From positions 744,001-808,000 of the forward strand of contig CP142732.1 of NCBI GenBank assembly GCA_036630325.1: a stretch of DNA of 64,000 nt. The letters run 5' to 3'. Below the pieces are notes generated by a model that was given only the letters and a program-made list of their open reading frames with translations, was not told where the DNA came from and made no database searches. Positions 1-10,404 of this stretch are shown piece after piece. The stretch comes from Vairimorpha necatrix. Its lineage: Eukaryota. The position numbers and the translations under genes are program-made. Every line of letters starts with the position of its first letter. The first letter of the stretch is position 1.

Positions 1-1
1 T

Positions 2-1666
2 GGTTGGTTTAGAGACTTTATTCCCAACTATGCGTATAGAACAGTAAGGCTTACTGAGGCTTTAAAGAAAGATGTTAAGTGGAATTGGACGGAGGATATG
101 GAAAGAGCTTTTGAGGATATGAAGCAAGGCTTGAGAGATATGAAAAAGTTGAAGATTCCGGACGGAAAAAAGCTATTTAGAGTAAGAACTGATGCGTGTG
201 ATACGGGGATCGGAGCAATTCTATTACAAGAAAATAAAGAGGGTGAGTGGATTCCGATACAATGGGCATCGAAAATGTTGACTCCTACCGAGCGAAGATA
301 TACGATAAGTGAGAAGGAGATGTTGGCGGTGTTTTTTGGAATAAAGAAGTTTGAAAGTGATTTGAGAGGAAGGAAATTTCATTTGATGACGGATCATAAA
401 GCATTAGCAGAGATCAGAAATAAGCCATACTTCAATAATAACAGAATAAACAGATGGGTAGAACAGATACAAGAGTTTGACTTTACAATAGAGTATGTGA
501 AAGGGGAGTTGATGACAGATGCAGATGCGTTAAGTAGGCAGTATGATCAGGTAGAAGTTTCGGATGAACAAAAAGAAAAGGACAACAAGAGAAAAGAAGT
601 GATCGAAAAACAAATTTTGGGAAAAAAGCAGAAACATATTAAAGAAAAGGACGGTAAACAGTATTGGGAATTTTCCACAGGTGAGGTGAAATAGATATTG
701 AGCCTAGATAGTAGAGAACATGAAATAACAAGAGTACATGAGGAGTTAAACCATAGAGGTGTCAAAGGCACTTATTATAACATTAAACAAAGATGGTATT
801 GGCCTGGTATGAAAGATCATATTAATAAGGTAATTAAGAATTGTGAAATATGTGGGATTAACAATAGGAAAAACACAGGAGGATGTGATTTCGTAGTAAC
901 TAGAAAGAAATTGGAGAAAGTGGCGTTGGATTTAATGGACATAGGTGGAGAGAATAGGTATGTGTTACTGGGTATTGATTACTTTACTAGAAGGTTGTGG
1001 GGTTCGAATTTGAGATGTAAAGAGAGTAGTGAAGTTATAGAGGTATTACAAAAGTGGATAAGGGAAGATGGATTTCCAGAGGAATATGTGACAGACAACG
1101 GAAAAGAGTTTGTAAGTAATAGATTTAAAGAATGGTGTAGTATTAATGATATTAAACATAGGAAAGTGGGCTTAGAAGCTCATAGGAGTAATGGTAGAAT
1201 CGAGAGATGCATCAGAACTATAAGAGAGACATTGATAAAGCAAAATGATGGGAATATTTCTGAAAAGATAGAAAGAGCAATCAAAGGATATAATAATACA
1301 CTACATACAGCAATAAAATGTACGCCGATGGAAGCGTGGAGAGATCAAACTGCTGAAGTTATAATTGAAAATGATGAAAATGGAAAATATGCTGGTCGGT
1401 TCAAGAGAAGACACAGAGAGACATTTACAGTAGGCCAAGAGGTAAGAATCGCTAGGAGAGAAAATTTAGGTACACGTGCGAAAACAGACAAGGGAAGATT
1501 CACGGGACGCGGAAGGATCGTAGCTATAAGTGAAAATGATTCATATATTGTGAGACTACTGGATGGTAAAATTGTTAAAAAGAGGCATTATGATTTGAAA
1601 GAGATAAGGAAGAGTTGTTTAGAAGATGGAGAGACTACCCGTCTGGAGGGGGGATGTAGGGTTTAG
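2..1666 (+). pseudogene. pol (RT end, RNase H, integrase) with an in-frame TAG at 692-694
   Basis: ORFs 98..694 and 698..1666 are in the same frame; the stop aligns to E of GRKVEIPP in element B. Confidence 0.85.
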
Positions 1667-1692
1667 AATCCTTAATAAATAAATGGTTAACA
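1655..1692 (+). repeat. putative 38-bp 3' LTR of element A
   Basis: TGTAGGGTTTAGAATCCTTAATAAATAAATGGTTAACA directly after the PPT; TG..CA ends; contains AATAAA and ATG; the partner LTR is outside the window, so the right boundary is inferred. Confidence 0.6.
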
Positions 1693-1766
1693 TAATATAC
1701 AAAAAACCTATATTCAGCTATAAGAGCTTTAAATTTCTGCTCCTGAATTTTTTTCATTTTTTATTA

Positions 1767-2125
1767 CCGGGGTTGGATTATAAGATCCATATATAAAAAA
1801 GATTATGGATCTTATTTATAAGTGGATCTTTTCTTTTGACATAAACTATTTGAAATTTCTTCTTAAATTTTTTGAATCTTTACCCCCATGAAAAAAAAAA
1901 ACCTTACACGCTTAAAGAAAAATTAGAAGGATTACAAAAATTGCGTGAAATCAATGGCAAAATAAGTATGCCTACTTTCAAGTTGCAGATTACTAGAAAA
2001 ATTGAGGGTTTCTTTTTTATAATAAACTTTTTACCATTTGGGTATGGGGTGGATCTCTTCTACTAGTATAAAAATTCCCATTTTTAAAGTCGTAATTTTT
2101 TTCTTTTGGTGGATCTTAAACCCGG
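1767..2125 (+). mobile_element. internally deleted pogo/Tc1-mariner-like element (MITE)
   Basis: TA-CCGG...CCGG-TA ends with imperfect TIRs (CCGGG..TAAGATCCA / TGGATCTTAAACCCGG); internal GGATCT/AGATCC repeats; CCCC-ATG followed by KKPYTLKEKLEGLQKLRE, resembling a pogo/CENP-B N-terminal HTH. Confidence 0.6.
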
Positions 2126-2703
2126 TACCTAACATAATAGTTTTAAATTTTTTTAATTTGTTTTGATGTTAGTACAACAAATATATATAGATCTTAAATG
2201 ACTTTAAAATCGTATCTGTAGCGAAAAATTTAAATATTGAAAAAATTAATTGTATGTTTATATTTCGATATTAGATATATAAAACAGTTACACTTAAATA
2301 TAAGGTATATAAATTCCAAAGATTATAAAGTAAACTAGATGTTATTTTTTTACTATTTAATACATGTTTGATATGTTTTTGGTCTACTTTTATCCTTGTA
2401 ATGTTGCGAATATACCATAAAATGTATATTGTGGATCTTAAAGTATATTGATATAATTTTTAAATAATGAAAAAATAAAAACAGAATTGAATAGTAAACA
2501 CCATTTTAACTATATTTAACAAAGACTTATGTAAGAAAATTTAATTTTTACCTTATAAATTTTATTTAAAAATTTTCTAGTTTTTTATAAAGAATTAATA
2601 AATATTATTTTTTCTTTTATAATATATTGCAACAATAAATGTATGAAAAAAGTAAGTAGTGCAAATATCAAATCTTGGTATAGCCATTCTGATGTATATA
2701 TGA

Positions 2704-2751
2704 TGTTATATATTTTGATAATTTTTACCCCCATTATGATAAATAAATACA
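2704..2751 (+). repeat. 5' LTR of element B (48 bp)
   Basis: TGTTATATATTTTGATAATTTTTACCCCCATTATGATAAATAAATACA, identical to 5832-5879. Confidence 0.97.
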
Positions 2752-5700
2752 TGGGGGCGATACCAAATCGAGAGTCAACAAGTGATGGCTGTGGTCAAGA
2801 GGCCAGAATAATGTTACAAGAAATTAAAAGAATAGTTTATAAGCTAGAGTTGGATGGAGTAGATGAGTCTCTATGGAAGGCAAGAATTTATGAAATGGGT
2901 TCGGAAGAAGTAAAGAACTTTATGGTAGAAAGAATTAAAAAAGAAGATAGTTGGTCCTTAATTATTGAAGAAATGGAAAAGGAGGTTAGAAAAGACGAAT
3001 TAAAAAAGAAGGAAGAAGAAGACAAAAGTAAGATGATGGAAATAATTGCAGAGTCGGTTAGAGGAACAGTTCGAGAGGAGCTGGCAAATAGAGGAGCATT
3101 AGGAAAAATAAGGGAAGAAACTTCGGGAGTAAGAAGTAGAGATTGTTTTTACTGTGGTAGATTTAGGCACATGGCAAGAGATTGCTTCGTAAGGAAGAGG
3201 AAAGAAGAAGATAATAAAAATAAACATTTTAACAAGTATTTAATTGTTCATGAAGAGAGTGGATCTACAAGCACAGAACTTAGCGCACAAGAATATAGGA
3301 AATGCGGAGAAGCAAAACGTAAACAAAATTCAAAAAGGAGAGGAATGAGAGAGGATAGAATAGAAGAGGGCCTTGTCATTGAAGATATAAAAGCGAAGTT
3401 TAGAGAAATTTTTGACTTGCAGCAGGAAGAGATCGTACACTGTAAGATAGAGAAATGTAAAATTGAGACGCCACCAGGGAAAAAAGTAGTTAAAAGAGGA
3501 CAAACTATCCCACAGGCGTTGATGGAAAAAACTGAAAAATATATAAAAAGTTTGGAAGAAAGAAAGATTATAAGAAGATCAACATCCGAGTGGAGGAACC
3601 CAATTAGAGCTATAGTAAAACCTAACGGAGGAGTAAGGCTTGTAAGTAATCTAATGAGTTTAAATGACTTAGTTGAAAAAGATCCGTATGAGTTGTCAAA
3701 TATTAGGGACATCGTTAGAGCCACACAGGGGTCTAAATGGTTTACCGTTATAGATCTGAAGGAAGGCTTTTACCACGTAGAGATTGAAGAAGAGGATAAG
3801 CACAAAACGGCCTTTGAATTTAACAGAAAGGTATATGAATGGAACAGTATGGTAATGGGATATAAAAATTCCCCGCAGATTTTACAACGAATAATGAACC
3901 AAATATTTGAAGATTTACAAGGAGAAGGAGTGGAGGTATATATGGACGACATCGTTATACACGCTAGAACTAAAAGAAGGCATGACAAGCTAGTTATAGA
4001 AGCATTGGAAAGATTAAAAAGACATAAAATGAGATTGAATATTGAGAAGATACAGTTTAGCCAACAGTTAGTTAAGCTCTTAGGAGTCACATTGAATGGT
4101 ACAGATATTGAAGCGAATGAAATAAAGAAGAACGAGGCGTTGGAATTCCCGCAGCCGACAAGTGTAAGTGAAACACGAAGATTCCTAGGAATGACAGGAT
4201 GGTTTAGGAACTTTATAAAGAATTACGCGGGATTAACTATTCATCTGACAGATAGCTTGAGAGGTAAAGATAAGAAGTGGGAATGGACGGTTGAAATGAA
4301 TAGAGAGTTTTTAGAGCTGAAAGAAGTTTTGAGAGCGATGGGGAAACTTAGATTGCCTGATTATAGGAAGGAATTTATATTGAGAACGGACGCGAGCAAT
4401 GTAGGGATAGGAGCCGTGTTACTTCAGAAGAACGATAAAGATGAATGGGTAGCAATCCAATGGAGTTCAAAAAAGTTAACACCTACAGAGACCAGATATA
4501 CTATATCGGAGAAAGAAATGTACGCGGTATTTTGGGGGATAAAAAGATTTGAATACGAGTTGCGCGGTAGGAAGTTTAAAATCGAGACGGACCATAAAGC
4601 CTTGGTTGAGATTAGAAATAAACCGTGTTTTAATAACAATAGAATAAATAGATGGATTGAAAAGATCCAGGAATTTGACTTCACCATAGAATATAAGAAA
4701 CCAGAAGAAATGGTGGTGGCTGACGCGTTAAGCAGGATACATATGGAAGACGATGAAAAGAAAAAGAAAATCAGAGAAAGGACCGCCAAGCAGATAGAGG
4801 GTAAATGGAAAGCGCACGTCGATGACGCAGAAGGAAAAAAATATTGGAGATTTGATTCAGGACGGAAAGTCGAGATACCACCAGAAGAGTCGAGGGAAAG
4901 TTTGATGCAGGAATACCACGAAAAAGTTGGACATAGATGTATGACAAGTGTATATTACGCGATGCGGGAAAGATTTTATTGGCCCGGAATAAAGAAAGAC
5001 ATAAATGAGACAATACGAAAGTGTGTACAATGTCAAATATATAATAGAAAAAGACTCGGTGGATGTGAGTTTGTAGATACTACACGTTATTTAGAAAAGG
5101 TTGCTTTGGATCTCATTGATTTTAGAGACGCAGGTAAATACGTATTGGTTGCGATAGATTATTACACTCGAAGAGTATGGGGCACGGTAATGGAGAACAA
5201 GACTGGAAAGAATGTGACAGAATTTTTAAGTAAGTTGTGTGAACAAGGAAAAAAAGCCCGAAGAGATTATAACGGATAATGGGCGAGAATTTATCAATGA
5301 GGGGTTTAGAGAGTTGTGTAACAGACTAGAAATTAAACATAGGAAAGTAAGTGTCGAATCACACAGGAGTAATGGCAGAGTCGAGAGGGTTATAGGTACG
5401 CTGCGAGAGAGCATTCTGAAGACTAAAGAAGGTACATTTGCAGAGAAGGTCATGGGAAGCATTGAAAAATATAATATGAGTTACCACACGGCACTAAAAT
5501 GTACACCAATAGAAGCGACAGAGGATAAAACTGGACATGTAATGATTGAAAATAGCCCACAGGGGAAATATGGAAAACTGTTTAACAGGGGGAAACGGGA
5601 AAAATTTAAAGTAGGTGAGTACGTGAGAGTAGCTAAGAAGGAAAACTTGAAAGGTGCGGATAAATATTCGAAAGGTAGGTTTTTAGAGAGTGGGAAAATT

Positions 5701-5808
5701 ATAGAGAGATGTGGCAATGATTCTTATATAGTTAAGTTAGTAAATGGAAGATATGTAAAGAAAAGGCACTATGATCTAAAAAGTCTGCTTGGGTTAAGGA
5801 TAAAGTGA
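2736..5808 (+). CDS. Gag-Pol polyprotein (CCHC knuckle, RT, RNase H, integrase), +1 frameshift in the A7 run at 5249-5255
   Basis: CFYCGRFRHMARDC; YMDD; TDASNVGIGA; ADALSR; H..H..C..C; ITDNG/NGRVER. Start placed at the ATG after CCCCC inside the LTR. No D(T/S)G protease motif between the knuckle and RT. Confidence 0.9.
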
Positions 5809-5831
5809 GACTAACCGTCTTGGAGGGGGGA

Positions 5832-5879
5832 TGTTATATATTTTGATAATTTTTACCCCCATTATGATAAATAAATACA
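5832..5879 (+). repeat. 3' LTR of element B (48 bp)
   Basis: Identical to 2704-2751, preceded by the PPT and followed by TSD TATGA. Confidence 0.97.
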
Positions 5880-6589
5880 TATGATGCAAAATTTAGGAAT
5901 GTATTGCATTTATGATAACTTATAAAAAACAGCATTTATCTCAAATTATGATTACGTAAAGTGCGAAAGATGACGCATTTTTTTAATAAAGAAGTGTTCT
6001 GTAGAAACCCCTACTAATTTTATAAAAATTTATACTGTAGCAAACCTTTATTTTTTTCTTAGAAGCTTCGAAATAAACTATATTAGGATTTTATTTCTTC
6101 TTCTCTTATAATCATATAAAACTGTATTATACTTAGCAAATATTAATGTTCATATAATTTCTTAGTCTACAAAGATTTTCGTAAACAATAGAAGAAATTC
6201 TCAAATTAAATAAGCGATATTCAGAAACTATCAGTTCTTATAAAGTATGACTTTAACTTAAATTGGTAATTGTGCCACCTAATTTTTTTATATTTTTCAA
6301 AAATTTTTTAAAGGCTTTATATGTGTAGTAATTACACAATAATAATAATTTTTCATATTTACAAATATTTGACATTTAGAAAAAATATCTTATAACCCTT
6401 TTAAACGTTATTTATAGAGCTAGCTAGACAATAAATAAATTATATTAACTTCGATATTTTTCTCATATAAAAAAGTTTTTTGATTGTTTTTTTCTACACT
6501 GATCAATATGAGATCACCTCTAAATACTTTTAAAAAACACGAAGCTGTGTTTATTTGATACAACAAATCAAATCATTATTATAATTAGT

Positions 6590-7120
6590 TTATTTTAACT
6601 GTAATATCCCTTTTAAAATTATTATTGTTTCTCCTAATATTTTTCTAATCTTCTTTATTTCTATTTTATATCCTTTGTTTTCTAACTCTTTTATAATTTC
6701 ATTTGGTTTATTGGCTTCTATAACTAGTAAGTAAAATGTTTTACATTCTACTTGTTTTATAAATCTATCAATTACATTTCTTCCGTTAACCCCTCCTCCT
6801 ATTATAGGACAGGAAGAGTCTAAGACATAAGGAGGATTAAAAATTATTATTTCAACTAGATCTTGTCTTATAGAATCTAGTAGATCCATATGTATAAGAT
6901 TTCCAATTTTCTGCCTGTGTAAAGCTTTAATATTGAGATCTGTACTAATTATAATATTAGACTTATCTAGCGATTTAGTAATAAATCCAGTACTGGTCCC
7001 CAGATCAACGATCAATGAATTTTTAATATTTTCTTGTTTTAGGACATCTACCAGGGTGTAACTATCTTCATCGGGAGAATACCATTCCAAAGGATACTCC
7101 ATATTAATTGAAGAATCCAT
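6590..7120 (-). CDS. MTQ2: HemK-family eRF1 glutamine methyltransferase (Mtq2/N6AMT1)
   Basis: WYSPDEDSYTL, SAM-binding VDLGTSTG, IFNPPYV, GGVNGRNVIDRF; CCCC just upstream of the ATG. Confidence 0.88.
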   Translation of the reverse strand: MDSSINMEYPLEWYSPDEDSYTLVDVLKQENIKNSLIVDLGTSTGFITKSLDKSNIIISTDLNIKALHRQKIGNLIHMDLLDSIRQDLVEIIIFNPPYVLDSSCPIIGGGVNGRNVIDRFIKQVECKTFYLLVIEANKPNEIIKELENKGYKIEIKKIRKILGETIIILKGILQLK

Positions 7121-7410
7121 AAAGGGGAAAAAATAAAAAATATAACAAGAATTTCAAGCATGTGTTATAAAAGATCTTATTGTCGTACATTAAAACTATA
7201 AAGCAAATACGTCTTTCAGAAATATATTTATTATCAAAATAAAATGCAAAAATATTTTACCATTTGTTTTACACCATATTTCCCCAACACGCTTTCATAG
7301 GATTTTAAAATTATATGTTTTGTTTATTGTAAAACATTAAAAATAAGAAAAAAATATTAGCAAATAACATTTAGGTCTATTTATTATCGTTAGTCAATAG
7401 ACTTAATAAA

Positions 7411-9133
7411 TGTCAAAGTTCGGAGCGAACGCCCGTTCGGAGCGGACGCCAGGGGTAAAAAATTAAAAAAAAACTCTTCAGTGAGGATCGAACCAAAAAA
7501 TAAGAACAAACAAATGTTCGTCTTAAATGATAACCAAAGTTTTGTCTTGATTTTTTGAGGGGTAAATTTTTGCTATTTTTTTATAATAATGGGAGGGAAT
7601 ATTGAAAAAAAGGAGAAAAATAAAATAAACAAAATTTTTAGTACTTTATTCAATACCAAGCAACCTTAGATCTCTAGTACTTATTTCTTCTATTATAATA
7701 TCATTATCATCTTCTTTGCATAATTTTACTTTATTAAATTGTATTATGTCTGTTACAATATAGACCTCAGCATCTAAATGTTCATAAAGAGAATGTCTTC
7801 TGGTATTGACGTTGTTGTCCAAGTAAGGTCTTATAAGGACTCTATCTCCTATTTTAAATTCTAAAAAATTATTTTTCCACATACTTCTTTGTACCATTCT
7901 ATCTGCAGCAGTTTGTGTATGAATTCTTGTTGCATCATGATAAATTTCATTTAAAAAAGGGTTTGTGTTATTAAGAGCATATAGTTGTCGGAATCTCATT
8001 AGTATTGCAATCTAGAACATCTACTAAACTTTCTCCAGTGCGTTCTTCGTCCTCACGCTCTTGTTCGTGATTTTCGCTATTAATCGATTCTAGACTCGTC
8101 CATTATGTCCCTAATGGGTCTACCAAACATTAAAGAGAATGGTGTTTGTCTCGTAGTAGAGTGTCTTAAATTATTATATGACCAGGTAACTTCTTCACGT
8201 ACTTTGGTCCATTGACCCAAAATATTTTTTGTCCTGAGAGTAGATGCAATCATCCACTTTATTGTTTGATTGCATCGTTCTATCTGTCCTTGTATCCATG
8301 GACATCTAGCTCTCCCCCTTACATGTCTTATTTCATATTTCTGACATAAATCGACGAGTGTTTGATTTACAAATTCTCTGCCGTTATCAGTATGAAGTAT
8401 ATAACAAGAACCAAACGTCCTAAACAATGTTTCAAAAGCATTCCCTAGACTAATACTTGATTTGTCATATAGTGGTACCGTCCAACAAAATTTGGTAAAA
8501 GAATCTACAATATTCAAAAACCATTTATATCCATCATTGAGTTCGTGATATAGCCGGAGATCAATCAAGTCTGCAACATATCTTTCCCTTGGATACTTTG
8601 CTACAATTGGTCTGATAACTGGTCTAGTTGCTAGATTTCTCTTTGATTGACATATATCACAGCTATTCAAGACCCTCTGTATATCTTTTTGTGTTGCGTC
8701 GTAGACTTTTGTTGTAATAATGGAAACAATCTGTCCCGTCCCGCATGCCCATTTGAGACATGAATCAATTTTATATAATCGATTTTGAATCGTTGCTCGT
8801 TGGTGGTAAAGAATCTTAATGATCTATATAGACCTACTTTAAATCTCACCGTGAGCTCTGTGATACCGTCAATTATATCCTCAAAAAGGAAAAAATTTTT
8901 GTGCCTTTTTCCTGAAAGCATCTCGTTCTTGTTTTTCTATCAACCTTGTTGGAACAATACCAGTCTGTAAAAAGACAAAAACTTCTTGTCTTTCATTGTT
9001 ATTCAATTTTATTTTCATGCCCTTAAAATTAAAGAAATTTTAAATACAAATTACAAATAAACACCAATTTTTTTTTAATTTTTTACCCTTCTCAAGTAAG
9101 CATTTTCCCTGGCGTCCGCTCCGAACGGTGACA
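7411..9133 (-). mobile_element. Ginger2/TDD-like integrase DNA transposon, copy 1
   Basis: TGTCA...TGACA ends with TIR GTTCGGAGCGGACGCCAGGG / CCCTGGCGTCCGCTCCGAAC; rve integrase on the minus strand with no RT; closely similar copy at 60415-63442. Confidence 0.82.
7646..9018 (-). pseudogene. Ginger-like DDE integrase/transposase, frameshifted into at least three pieces
   Basis: HVSNGHAGRD..CDIC zinc motif, ADLIDLR, VDSFTKF, LHTDNGREF, QGQIERCNQTIK, HSTTRQTPF, C-terminal FKIGDRVLI; GGGC-ATG at 9018. Confidence 0.8.
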
Positions 9134-9812
9134 ATTACTGTTAGGCAATGTAATGGAAAACAAGACTGGCGTATTTACCGGGAAGCTTGCCTGTAGCAAG
9201 GAAGCATTCAATGATGCTACGGTTTGGGGTGCCGTGAAGACCGGAGTTAAAAGAGTTAAAGGGAAAGGATTGTTTATTGTTATGAAAAGAGTTTGGTTTA
9301 TCTGTTTTGTAGAAGGAAGAGTGTTTGTTATTGTTCTGATGTTGTACCATGTTGTTCATGGAATTTCTCTATTTATATTACATAGTAACCAATAGAAAAG
9401 AAATAAGATTTGGCTGACCAATAATAGTCGAACATAACTGATCGTTCCGAAGAAGCATCAGCGTTTAAGTATTTATTGGTTTTATAAATTATGTGGTATG
9501 ATCCATTATACCACAAAGACTGTAAAGTATTTTATGTCATATTAAAGAATTTTTAAAAAAAATTAAATCATAAGGTTCGACTGGCAGGAATAGATGCATT
9601 TAAAATTTGATTGTGGGAATATAATATACAGAAAAATGTATTCGAATAAATTTATGCTAAATCAATCTCATACACAAGCCATCGTGGAACCGTAAACACT
9701 TTGTTTTTATGGTCCTTTTGTTACAATATTTAGTTCTCTCTTTTATTAATTCCCGTTTTCTACTTCTAGCAACTTACCATGTTCCGTTTTAGAGTCATTT
9801 TGGTTCTAGGAA

Positions 9813-9941
9813 AATTCACCGACCATCAATTCACCGACAACAATTCACCGACAGCAATTCACCGAAAATCAATTCACCGACCAACAAATTCACCGACAAC
9901 AAATTCACCGACAACAAATTCACCGACAACAAATTCACCGA
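9813..9941 (+). repeat. subterminal tandem AATTCACCGA repeat, 9 copies (5 inverted copies at about 12020-12090)
   Basis: 14-16-bp units AATTCACCGA(CAAC/A) read directly. Confidence 0.92.
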
Positions 9942-10404
9942 AAAATCGAAATATGTATTTTTTATGGGTATATTTATGATATACATATTTAATTTAAATT
10001 TTTTTTTGTATGGATCATAAATATTGTGCAATATAGCATTTGAATATTACTATATTTATATCACTAAATAAATTAAAAAATAGAAAATGTATTAAAATGT
10101 TCATTAAAAATTAATCTGAAAAGAAAGATTATGAAACAACGCGAAAACAATTCCTCAAAATTATGACATATAATTTACTAGTATACTTGTAACATTAATG
10201 TTTTTACATTGCATTGGGGTGTAATGTTCTATCTAGACATATTTTAATAAAGTCTCATCCAATTCGATACCAAAGTGCAATGAAGGTATCCTAGGCACAA
10301 TTGGTAAGGCGCAGGTTTGCGAAGAAAGATCTATACTTTACTTAAAATGGCACAACTCTTTTTAAATATTTTAACATTTTAATTCTGAACCCCTAATTTC
10401 AATA

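Larger units (their letters stand above)
1..1692 (+). mobile_element. Ty3/gypsy LTR retrotransposon A, 3' part (runs off the left edge of the window)
   Basis: RT end (GWFRDFIPNYA), RNase H (TDACDTGIGA, TDHKAL, ADALSR), integrase (H-H-C-C zinc motif, DLMD, TDNG, NGRIER); PPT GGAGGGGGGA ending at 1654, followed by TG...CA at 1655-1692. Confidence 0.93.
2704..5879 (+). mobile_element. complete Ty3/gypsy retrotransposon B, 3176 bp, 48-bp LTRs
   Basis: Identical 48-bp LTRs 2704-2751 and 5832-5879 (TG..CA); 5-bp TSD TATGA (2699-2703, 5880-5884); PBS TGGGGGCGA at 2752; PPT GGAGGGGGGA 5822-5831. Confidence 0.97.

Noticed and set aside
2643-2735. ORF-track N-terminal extension of Gag-Pol B
   Set aside because: Begins in flanking DNA outside the TSD/LTR, so the open frame is fortuitous.
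5249-5255. Programmed ribosomal frameshift shared by B and D
   Set aside because: Opposite directions, located mid-integrase in A runs, and absent from A at the homologous site.
3248-5717. Antisense ORFs over gypsy pol (also over D, the gag-only ORF, GlnRS, MFS and the ITFG1-like gene)
   Set aside because: Ser/Phe/Leu-rich shadows of purine-rich coding strands, with no motifs.
9813-9941. CRISPR-like or coding tandem repeat (ORFs 9779..9979, 9831..10031, 11930..12112)
   Set aside because: No unique spacers and no cas genes; the repeats are mirrored in the opposite MULE TIR, and the ORFs are repeat translations.
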